Assembly (NCBI GenBank): GCA_033442325.1
Contig: JAWQFM010000010.1
Location: forward strand, 1,168,867-1,232,866
DNA length: 64,000 bases
DNA from: Salpingoeca rosetta
Lineage: Eukaryota > Protista > Choanoflagellata
Reading direction: 5' to 3'
Numbering within the stretch: the stretch's first letter is position 1; the number at the start of each line of letters is the position of its first letter. The notes beneath the pieces were generated by a model. It was not told the origin of the DNA and searched no databases. It worked only from the letters and a program-made list of their open reading frames with translations. The translations under genes were made by a program, and so were the position numbers. Positions 28,721 to 56,709 of the stretch are shown here, one piece after another.

Positions 28721-30666
28721 CACACCACCCTAATGAAGACACATGCGCACCCTTGGTAGAAGGACGGGAGCATGTCGTGGCATTCGTGGTTGATGGACTC
28801 AAACTGGTGCTTTGCGTTCTCAAATGCGTCTTGTGCCTGCAGGCAATTAACGAGATGAATGCATATGTACCACAAGCACACGCACGTGCACCTCCCCCCC
28901 CCCACACACACACATACACACACGCACACACACACACTCCCCCCTCACACACCAACCAAGCAGCACTGCACCCCCCCCCCCCAACCTGTTGCGCCTTGTG
29001 GGTGCTTGTCTTCTCCTTTGCGTGGTCGAGGACGCGTTTTGCGTGCTCAAAGTCCAAGCACCGTCGGTCGCGCTTGGCAATCCGCGCCTTGATCACTGCA
29101 CGCGTCGCAAACGTTGGCACGTGTGAGTTTGGCGTGCGTTGGTGTGAAGGCGCACGAGACGTGCGAGGGTAATGGGTGCTCCAAACATGTACATGTACAC
29201 ACACGTGGGGCGTGTTGGCGCATGACAACACTGAAAAAAGAGCCTGGTGCATGAAAAGAGAACGTGGTGCATGAAGAGATGCCTCAAACACAATCGCCAC
29301 CACAAAAGAGGATGAAAATATGCGGCGAGGCGACCTGGGAACTGGGATGTGTACGAGCTGAGGGGTTCAAGCACTTCCTCCTGAAGTTTCTCCACGAGAT
29401 CCATATAGATTTGCTCCAGCGTCTTCCCACGAGCAACACGGCAGTTTGGGCACCAGCGCATGCGCATGTGCGTGTCAGCATTGGGGAATGGAGGCATGAC
29501 ATTCACAGGCAGGGAAACGACGATTGCAACCACAGTGTTGCGCAACACATACATGCACACATGCACACGCACACACACATGCACACATGCATGCACACAG
29601 ACAAACACACATGCACACGCACACAAACACATGCATGCACACAGACACATGTACACACGCACAGACACAGGCACATGCACACACAGACACACACACACAC
29701 ATGCACACACAGACACGTCCACGTCTCACCTCGATGGTGCTGTATGCCTCTTCGCTGTTGTCCCAATCGGGGTCGTAGACCGTCTTGATGGCGTCCCCCA
29801 GGGAGCGGCTCGCAGCGGCCATGGCTGCCAAAGTGAATGGTTGAGGTGCAGTCAAATCATCATGACCACAGCAGCAGGTTCGTCAATGAGCACCCAGCCA
29901 AATCACCACCAGCTCACAGAAGGCGACAGCACGCTACGAGAGGGCATATGCACGTATTAGCCGCTGTCTTACTTCGCACTGCCTTGATGTAGTTGCCGAC
30001 CTCCTTGTGCAATCGCGTTGCATGCATCTGCAGCGTATGAAGCAAGCAAGGCAGCACAAGTTGCACACATCAGGCAAATGAAACCAAGGCAGTGCGCCAC
30101 CAAGGCAATGTCTCGTCGTTAAGGCGACGCCTTGCCACCACCATGGACACTAACATGATCACAAGCACCAAACCATAACCACCCGCATGATCGTGACCAC
30201 CACCAGTGCTGTGCCAGCATCAACAAGATGGGGTTGGTTGCGCACCGCCTGGGCGTTGAAGTTGGCGACGTGCTCTGCAAACTCCTCGTCCTCCACATGC
30301 TCTGTTTTGCTCAGCTGTCAGGCACAGCCAGTTGACAGAGCGATTAAGACCATGCATTGAACCACGGGTGCTTCTCTCTCTCTCTCTCAAAGCACAGCAC
30401 ACGATGCTCAAAGCAAACGGTTCGCCCACATGACACGGTGCACATTCACACACACACACCCACACACATCCTCCAAAACGATGCCAAAGGGACATGCAAG
30501 CACGATCCTGGAGACGAAAGAGCAATCTCGCTCAAACAAAACAAACAAACAAACACCATAACCACTCCCGCTCACACGTACGCCCGCACACCTTTTGTCT
30601 GATCTTCTCCTGCTGGCGCGTCAGTTGCTTCTTGGCAACCCGAAAGAAGCTCTTCTTCTCGCTCAT
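26454..30666 (-). CDS. Amphiphysin/BIN-family N-BAR + SH3 protein, multi-exon
   Basis: [25 protein letters not shown]|[82 protein letters not shown]3: [27 protein letters not shown]...EEGWLFG...KGVFPENHT. Stop TAA at 26454. Confidence 0.92.
28140..28405. repeat. (GACA)n/(GA) microsatellite in an amphiphysin intron
   Basis: Directly visible. Confidence 0.9.
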
Positions 30667-30974
30667 CGTAGCGGGGGGTTTGGATGTGGATGTGGATGTG
30701 GATCGCGGGAGGCGTGGGTTGTGTTTGTGTGTGTGTGCATGGATCCAATCCAAGCCAGCCAAGTAAGCTCACTACAATTTATCATGTCGGCTATGAAACG
30801 ACCACCAGCCAGCCAGCGTTGCGCCAGCCCACCATCCATCCCATCCATCCGTTGTGATGTGACTCGCTCCATGTCACATCACGAACAGGCTGACATACAC
30901 ACATACACACATGCACGCACGCACATACGCCAAGTCTCATCATGCCATGACATGCTCGCTGTCCATCCAGCAGT

Positions 30975-32986
30975 TCACTGGTCCTGTCTGGTGAGTTGGG
31001 TCTCTGCAAACCGAACAAGGTCAGCCAAGTTTGTGATGGGTCTGTCGTCATCGGCAAATGTGTCACGTCTCGCTACGCGTGGGGCCGATGCCGCTAGTGT
31101 TGCAGATGGGGGTTGCGATCCTTCGCCTGCGCCTGTTCTCCCCGTGCTTCCTCTTCTACTTCCTCTTCGTGCGTGTGGTGCTGGGACGGAGTAGTGGAGT
31201 GAACGTGCAACGCCGAGCGAGTGCTGCGATTGCTGCTGCCGCTGCTGGTGATGGGTGTCGTGTGCCTGTGTCACTGTCCCGGCAGGATGGTGACCGCCAT
31301 GCAGTGCACCGGTGGAGTTCACAGACGAGGCGAGACTCTCCCCAGCCTCAGGCGGGTGGCGAGCGCGGGAAGCAAACTGCCATCGCCCCCTCATGCTCGC
31401 TTGTTCATGTTCTGACACAACCGTGGTTTCCAGCGCGGAAAGTCGAAGTGGGCTCACCATGACCACAGACTCCGGCTCACCGTCTTGCGGATTTCGTGGC
31501 TGCGACTGCTGGTGATGCTGGTTGTGCTGGTGTTGTGAGTGATAGGAGTGGTGGGGATGCATTGCTTGCTGGTGTGGCGCTGTCTCGTGCTGCTGATCGC
31601 CGTACCGAAGTGCTGTTGGTGTGTTTGGTGCGTGCGCCATGGTTGGCGGCGGCGGCCCTGTGACAAATGTTGACGTTGACGGAAGGTGTTCGTGGCTGGC
31701 TTGTGTTGGCTGAGGTGGCACAGATTGTTCACGCAAGTAGCGCACCCACAGGTTGTGGTGTGACAGTTCTGGTGGCAGCGTTGGCAGCGTTGGCACGTGG
31801 TGGGTGTCGGCAGCTCGAGGCTCACTTGTCCACACGTCGGTATCGTCATCATCACGAGCATGTTTCTCTCCCTCCTCCTCCTCTTCGCCTTCCACCTTAT
31901 CCTCCCCAGACCCGTCCTCTTGTTCTTCCTCCTCCTCCTCCTCCTCCTCCTCCTCCTCCTCCTCCTCGTCGTGGTTGTCAGTGTTGTTGAAGCCACCACT
32001 CGTTCTGGCTCCAGGAGCTGCGCGTGCTGTGTTTGCTCGTTTGGACTGCCGAATAGGGTGTTGCTGCTGCTGCTGCTGCTGCTGCGTTTCTGTCGCATGT
32101 TCCTGTGCCCCTTTGGTCCTTGCCTCGGTTTGGGATTGCACAAGTTCGCACTGTATTCCCGTGTCCTCAAACCCCTGGTATTGCGTGCTCGCATCAACCA
32201 TGACCTGTGCATCAAGCACACGCACATGCACAATTGGTTGGTTCTGAGGGGACAGGATGACCATCAAAGGGAGAGAAACAGGTGGGGGAGAGCGACAGTC
32301 GGGAAAGGGGAGAAACAACGAGAGCGCGTGCGTGTGCATGCGAGAGGCTCGAGGGAGAAGAAGGACGGGTGGCACAGGAAGAAGCAGTAGCTGTTGCTGC
32401 ATGGCCAGTGATCCATCACCTTTGCCTCATCCTCTGCCCGTCTGTCGTTGACCGCCTTTGTGAGGACTGTGCACTGTTGTTCGGTGGCTTGAAGTCGGTC
32501 TCGCAGCATCTCAAGCTCCTGTGCGCACGAGTGTGTGTGTGTGTGTGTGTGGGTGGGTGTGTGTGTGTACGCGGGCAGACGATTAGGCGAGTGCAAACAG
32601 CTCGACCAAAGTCAAGGTGCAGGGTGCACCTCGTGGAGTGAGTAGCACACACGCATGGATGCCAGGCCAACCTGTTCCAGGTGTTGGTTGTGTTCGAGGA
32701 GTGCGCTGTTCTGTTCTTGAAGGTCAGCAACGGTTGTCTCGTGTGTCTTGACCATCTCTTGCCGGTTTTGATCTGGACAACGGGGGAACAAGAGTGCACA
32801 TGTGTTGCAGTTGTGAGGAGAGATGCTGGCTCGTCCATTTGCCACATGGGTAATGTAACAAGCTCAACACATCCGCACAGGGCGCAAGAAAGGGAGCGTT
32901 TGTGTCCGCCACGCTTACACGCACTCACACACACCCATGTACATGCACAGCATAGCGCATCAACAAACACATGCTCTCATACACAG

Positions 32987-33024
<38 letters not shown>

Positions 33025-33612
33025 GTATGAACAAAGTGCAACAGCAACCGAAGCACAAGCACCGTGCGGTTGCTTACTGAGTTCTGCCAGTTCTGCAATA
33101 AGCCGAGCGACGCGTCGCTTATCCCCGGGACACAAGTCGACAAAGGTGGCTGTCCCAGAGCGAAGGAGTGGGCCGTTTGCATCTTCCTCGTGTCCTTCCT
33201 CTTCAACATTGTGGCTGTCTTCACCAGCATCACGTCGTTTTGGCAGTGCTCTTCCGGCAATGCTGGGTGCTTTGGCGGTGTGCTGCTGAGGCTTTCCAAT
33301 CCTCCCAGCTGCCTTTGCTTGTAACGCGTTGCTCGTGGCTGCTGCTGATGTGCTGCTGTTGTTGTTGGAGGCTGTTCGCAGCGTGGCGGTTGTGGTTGTG
33401 GTTGTGGTGGAGCCATGCCGTGCAGGGTTTTGGGGAAACAAGCGGTGTGACCCCGCCAGCCCTTGCACGCCACGCGGTCTTGCTTGTGCCTGTGCCTGAT
33501 TCTGTGCATGTGTGCCACCGCCACTTCTTCCTCGCCGTGTACCATCGTCTCCTTCCTCTGCAGCCGCTTTCTTTGCTGCAGGCCACGACCGCAGCGTCGC
33601 TGACCACTCCAT
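30975..33612 (-). CDS. Hinderin (KIAA1328)-like coiled-coil protein, about 4 exons
   Basis: TFVDLCPGDKRRVARLIAELAELS followed by coiled coil ...VADLQEQNSALLEHNQHLEQELEMLRDRL resembles the hinderin core as I recall it (LKDLCxEDKRRIANLIKELA). The rest is low complexity. Confidence 0.7.
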
Positions 33613-33644
33613 TGTTGTTGACCGTTGCTGGTTGTTGGTGTTTT

Positions 33645-33658
33645 TTCAAATTTGGCGG
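33645..33658 (-). promoter_or_regulatory. Candidate E2F-like site plus CHR (TTTGAA) element upstream of the hinderin-like gene
   Basis: Plus strand TTCAAATTTGGCGG equals minus strand CCGCCAAATTTGAA, 33-46 nt upstream of the ATG at 33612. Confidence 0.35.
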
Positions 33659-33714
33659 CACAAAACAAGGCAATGAAAGGGAAGGATGTGTGGTGGTGGT
33701 TGGTGTGCGAGCTC

Positions 33715-33996
33715 CTAGATGAAGGTGGAGATGAAGACGGTGTCTCCAATGTTGAGGGTCATGTGCCACCATTGCGCATCGATCCACAGCACCTGGCATG
33801 CACCGCGTCATCGAGGCCAATGGAGCAAGGGAGGGGTTATAAAGATGGAGGGCGTGAGGGTGCGTGAGAGTGAGTGTGTATGTGTTTGTGTGTGTGTTTG
33901 TGTGTGTGTTTGTGTGTGTGTTTGTGTGTGTGTTTGTGTGTGTGTTTGTGTGTGTGCGAGAGGGTGAGTGAGTGACGGAGAAACGGCAATGCCAAT

Positions 33997-34056
<60 letters not shown>

Positions 34057-34801
34057 CGACAACAATGACAACAACGGCGCAACCTCGTTGGGGTATAGGG
34101 TGCACTCGAGGATCAAGTCCTTCTCCTGCTGAGAGTAGGTGGGCCACACGAGATGCAGCCAGCGATATGATGTCTCGTCAGGGCTGAACCGTGGCGTGAC
34201 CTCAGGCGGCGCCAGGAACCAGCGCTTGGCGCCATGTAACACTTCCGCAAACACTTGCAAATGAAACATGAAGCAGGACACCGAGTCAAGAAGAAGAAGA
34301 AGTGAACATCATCCACACACACGCGGACACATACACGCACATATGTACACACACACATGCGCACGCGCGCGCACACACGCACACACACACACGCGACATA
34401 CGCACACGCACACACAAACACAAACACACATACATACAAACACACACCTGCGCCGTGTGTGTGAAAGGGGACACCGGAGCCGCTGCCGCCAATGCCAAAG
34501 CTGAAGAAAGGCTCCCTGGTGTATGTGTAGTCTGGTCGATGGTAGTGCTGTGTAAAGTTGGTCCAACTGCCCGCACGCAATGTAATGTGAGCAACCTCTG
34601 CGCGTGCACGCGCGCGTATGTGTGTGCAAGTATGACTCTGGCACACAGGCAAGGTGCTTGGCAGTGCTATTGAAAGGAGCCACACCTCTTGTCGTAATCG
34701 TTGTTTCCAAAGAAGTACCACGTGTCGCCTGAAAGATGCAAATGTTGAGGATGAAGGTTGTGAGTGAAAAGTAGGCGGAGACACGCAATCACAAGCAAGC
34801 G

Positions 34802-34868
<67 letters not shown>

Positions 34869-35890
34869 CACACACACAACACAAGCAAACAAGCACAAGG
34901 GTGCACCTGCGACATCGTCCATTGTTCGTGGTCGCACGAGGTGTTCCAAGTATTCCCGAAAGACAAGCTGAGCCAACAAGGAAGATTGATGAACACTGAG
35001 CAAAGGCATGCACGCACCATTGAACAGGCAACACATGGTGGGACAGAACACAAACAAACGTACGTATGTAGACAGACACGCACTCATACGCATTCTAACA
35101 CACCCACACACTCGTAAGCATTCTAACACACACACTCGTAAGCATTCAGACACACACACACACACACTCTCTCTCTCTAACACACACACACACACAACAC
35201 ACACAACACACACAACACACACAACACACACAACACACACAACACACACAACACACACAACACACACAACACACAAGCACCGTGTTCTTCTTGTAGCTGT
35301 GAGTGTTGGCAGAGCTGAGGACAACGGATGTGTTGCCATACTGCTGCAGGAGGTTCTGCTTCGTGCACACGGATTGGAAGTAAGAGTTGTCCTTGAAGCC
35401 GACCAAGATGACGGGATCTGTGCGTCCTTGCGCCTGATACGCCTCCCACTCCTCCTTTGTGTACAGCTTTGGAATGTTGCACCTGCACAAGCGCGTGCGA
35501 TGTGTGCACAATACGTTTTTCGTGAGGCGTCCTGCGCGTGTCATGCGCGTGTCATGCGCGTCATATGCGTCATATGCGTCGTGTATGCCGGCTCAACAAA
35601 CACTGTACGCATACCTTGAAGAGTAGAGGGGCTCGTGGTGCACTGGCGGCGTTGCCCAGGTCGCAGCGTCCACTCCTTGCACATCACTGAGGCAGCAAAA
35701 CACATCCAATGAACGCATGACCAACAGAGGGAGGGTAGAGCACGCAGAGAGATGGAGAGAGGGAGGAGAGAGGGGAAGAGAGTGTGTGAGGAGAGACACA
35801 CACACACAGACACACACACACACAACACACACACACACACGCACACACACACACACACACACACGCGCGCACACGCACACACGCACACAC

Positions 35891-35961
<71 letters not shown>

Positions 35962-36050
35962 ACATACTTGCTGGCTTCTCCCGCGCCGACGGGCAGCAGC
36001 AGCGACAGCGCGACAACAAGCAGCACAGCCATGCCTCTGTGCAACCACAT
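33715..36050 (-). CDS. JMJD8: JmjC domain-containing protein 8 (signal peptide + JmjC), multi-exon
   Basis: Signal peptide MAVLLVVALSLLLPVGAG. Motifs CNIP, VVLSSANTHSYKK, TWYFFGNN, FSFGIGGSGSGVPFHTHGA, EVLHGAKRWFLAPP, LECTLYPNEVLWIDAQWWHMTLNIGDTVFISTFI* follow the JMJD8 pattern (HxH in place of HxD/E). Confidence 0.9.
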
Positions 36051-36093
36051 CAACCACGTCCGGATTTTCCCACTGTTGTTGTTGTTGACGACG

Positions 36094-38454
36094 ATGATGA
36101 ATGCGTGGCGGTGCGTGCTTCATGGAATGATGCCTGTGGGCAGACTGCACAGGCCGGCTCACGTGGGCACGCAGGTGAGGGGCTTGGTTAGAAGGCGGCT
36201 GGTCAGGGCGCTACATGGCGGCGGCGCGGCACACATTGATAGGAGGCAGCAGGTATCTCAACGACGGCGATGGTGGTGGCTGGCGTGTGTCCTTGGCGGC
36301 GGTGTGGCGACCACGACAGCAGCAGCGGCGGCAGTGGCCAATGCAGAAGGAGAGCGCCCCCTGGTGGCAAATGAGGCATCCCTTTACAAGCTACTGCACG
36401 CCATCTACAACGACCTTGATGCAGACTATGGCATCGCAGGCTTTGCTGCCCTCTCCGACCAAGAAGAGGACGACATTGATGAATCCGGTGCGCGCGTATG
36501 TGTGTGTGTGTGTGTGTGTTGTGTGTTTAGGTGTGTGTGTGTATGACTGTGCATGCGTGTGTGCGAACACGCGAGAGTGGGAGCTTGTATGAGTCAGTGA
36601 GTGAGTGAGCCAGTATGTCTCAACAAGTGCGTGCGTGCAACTGCGCTCTGCGTGCCAATGTTCACGCCACTGGCGTCGCTGCAAGGAAGGCTTGCGTCTG
36701 AAATCCCACACCATCCTGTGGATCATCCCCCCACTCGCTCACTCAATCACTCATTCATTCAAGGACCCACCTATTCTGCCACGAACACGCATGCACAGGT
36801 GGTCACAGCGCGTATGGGGAGATCCTGCCCCAAGGGGTGACGGCGGTCATGCAGGCAATTCAACCCCACCCAGGCTTTGTCTTCTACGACCTCGGCTCCG
36901 GCCTGGGCAAGATGGCCATGCAGGTGCCACAACGCTGTCACAAACCAAACACCGTGAAACGCACAAGCAGTGTCTTGGAGTAGGGGGGGGGGGAGAGATT
37001 AGCTTGGTGACTCGGACACATCTGAATCTGCCTGCTTGCTTGCCTTGTGCTCGTTCCCTTTGATGACACAGGTATTCTTGCAGTTTCAAGCTGGGAAAGC
37101 GTGTGGTGTTGAGCTGGCGCAGACGCGCCATGAGGCTGCACAGAAGGCCTTGGCCAGGGTGAGTTTGGCAGGTGCTTGTCTGAGCTCACACGCATATGTG
37201 CAGCATTCGCTTGCCTGTTGCTCTTTGGCATTGTACAAGCGATGCTTGCTCTCAGCATCCTCTTACCAATCACGTTCATGCCTGTGTTATCGCGTTCTCA
37301 ATCATGTGCTGCCTGACGAATTCACACACACACACACATATGAACACAAACTCACACACTCACTCTGTTCCATCTCACACACACCACACACACACGCATG
37401 TACACACAAACTCACTCACTCACTCTGTTCCATCACACAAACATACACACAAACGCCTTTCTCTCACCCACGTCCTCCCACATCGCTCGCCTGCTTGCGT
37501 TCAGCTGACAAAGATGCTGGGCACGGACCCGGTGAACCTTCAGTTTGTGCACGGCGATATCATGAAGGTGCAAGCAAGCATGCATGTTCGATGCCATGGC
37601 AGTGTTATTCATAGGTACATATAGTCAATTATGCTACAACCAGCGCTTACTCGTGTCTGTGGTGCTGTGTTCCGCTCACATGCTGTTTTGTCGGCGTAGG
37701 CGGACGTGCGCGACGCGGATGTTGTGTATCTCGCCAGCTTGTGTTTTGAGGAGCCGTTTCTCACTGCACTGGCGTCCCGCCTCGTCGGAGACGCCCCGCG
37801 AATGAGGTGCGTGTAGTTGTGCTCGCTGCATGTGTGGCCACGTGTTTGCATGCGTCCTATGCGCGTGTTGCTTGCCCGTGCATCTTGTCTTCCTCTGTAC
37901 GCACGTTGTCTCTATGCATCCCCGTCCTTGATTGTGACATTGTTGTGAACGTCGGCACATGTCAGTGCACATTGTCCACCACGATACACTTGCCAATCTA
38001 CCTCTTGCTGCTGCTGCCACTCACGACCACACACTGACGCCCCGAGACTCTTCGTGTTGGTGTCCTTATCTCCCTGCAATCATGTCATCATTAGCGTGCT
38101 CATCTCCATCCAGCCCATCAGCGAAGCAGCGTCAGACTTCCACGCACAATTCAAGCTGGAAACTGTACGTACGTGCACCCGGTGCCACGTCCGCTTGTTA
38201 CATGTACACACAACGAGGGGAGGAAGGCGTGTTGTGTACCGTGCTCCGCGTACTGCAACTTCTCTGCAAGAGCACATCGCGCTGCGTGCACGGTGGTGTT
38301 TGCTCCCCTGCATTCTATTCCATCAGGCTCAACACCACGCGTTGACTTGGGTTTATCGTGACTTCAGGTTCTCAACGTTCCCATGTCCTGGGGCAACGCT
38401 GACGTGCACGTGTATCGACGTCCACTCAGCATGATCCCAGAGTTCGCCATGTAG
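36094..38454 (+). CDS. DOT1-like class I SAM-dependent methyltransferase with an Arg-rich N-terminal presequence; start codon uncertain (36094/36097/36127)
   Basis: SAYGEILPQG, FYDLGSGLGKMAMQ, GVELAQTRH, LQFVHGDIMK, DVVYLASLCF, VPMSWG. Exons join in phase to the stop at 38452-38454. Confidence 0.8.
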
Positions 38455-38985
38455 CTCTGTGTTCGTGTGTGCGTGTGCGTATGCGCTCGTGTGTGTGTGT
38501 GTGTATGTGTGTGCGCACGTCAACGCACGACATTCGTAGTTGTCACGTTCAGTGCTCCACTTTGCAAAGTACATGTCAATACACCTGGTCAAACGAGATG
38601 TACTCACTCGTGGCTTTGTTATACTCGTTGGCGGCTTGTTCTTTGTGTTTCTTCTGTTTTATTCTCCATCACCTTGGAGTGGCTCTGCCTAGTCTGATTT
38701 AAATACAAAGCGGTGCTGTGACATGAACTCGCAGCACCTTGCGGAATCGCGAACAATCCTCGTGAAAAGCCATCTTCAGACCATGGCACAGGCGGGAGAC
38801 ATGCACCACCCAATACAACACACACACACACGCACACACACACTCACAAAACGCGTACCTGCATACATTCAGACAAACACATACCAAGACACAACTACAC
38901 GTACCTCCATGTCTGTGTACAATCTGCTGCCCTCCAAAAGCATTCTACTTGACACACAACCAAGGCGCCGTCTTCGTCGCCTGCA

Positions 38986-55493
<16,508 letters not shown>

Positions 55494-56709
55494 GGTGTGG
55501 CGCAGTGATGTCCGGTTGTCGCCTGCTTGCTTGTGTCCTCCCTCCCTCTTCCTTTTTGCTTGTTTGTTCGGTACGTTACTTCGTCAGCTGTTGCTGTGCG
55601 TGCTTGTTTCACACCGTCAGCATCAGCAGCATTACAACCCCTGTTGCTGCTGCTGCTCGTGCTGTTGTGCCTTGTGTGCTTGTCCTAGACCTTTTGCTGT
55701 TGTGGGGTTGCACGACAAGGACTACCTGCAAAAGACTACATTCCATTCAAGTGTCCACGAAAATTATGTGAAAATCCCGCGAATTATCCATAACGAAGTG
55801 CGTCTGCAAGCAGATGACGTTTCTGCGCTTCAGCTTTCCTTCGGTGCACCGAAGTGGCCCTTGAACGTTAGACCTGCACGCGCGAGCGTCACCGTTTGGA
55901 TTCGAACGCGCACGAGCTACACGACGTTGTCGTCTTCTTCATCAACACACACACACACACACGCGCATTCGCACGTTTTCGTTTCCTGACGGTTGAGCGC
56001 AATCAAACCTAAACAAACGACACCCAACGGTTTTCCCCGGCAGTGTGACCGACATGAGTGGCGATAGGGCACGACCGCACGCGCGCCCAAAACCAAACCA
56101 AAACACAGCAGAGAGAAAAAAAAAAAAAACTGACTGCTGGTGATGTGGTGGTGTTGTTGTTTGAATGGAGCCTTCTCTTGCTTGCTTGGCGCACTCGCGT
56201 CATGGCCATAACCTGTCTGTGTCGCTTGCTGGCCGGCTTGCCTGCTCGTCATGGCCATTTCCCACGACAGCAGCATTCCAGCGACACCACCAACCAACAA
56301 CAGCACAAACGTGTGCTTGCTTCTTCTTCCTTGCTTCTGCTTGTCTTGTTCTGGCTAGCTAGCTAGCTAGCTCGCTCGCACTCAGGCACTCAACCCTTGT
56401 TGGTTCATTTGTTCATTTACTCTTTCCATTCCACCTTCACAGCACCTCAACCACCCCAAAGCAACCTGCCGGTGTTGGTTTGTTTTCCCCCAGCCAACCA
56501 TAGTTTGGGTGCAACAGTCCTCGTTCAGCGCAGCACGTGAAAGTGGTTCGTGCACATTATCTCTCGACTGTACACGAACACCACGAACACCCCAGCAGCA
56601 CCACTCGTCTTCGACGGGTATCGTCCAGCATTTTCTCCACGAACCCATTTCGTGCCACCAGTCGCATAAACAGCAGCGGCAGCACACAACAGCAGATCTC
56701 CACCGCGAC

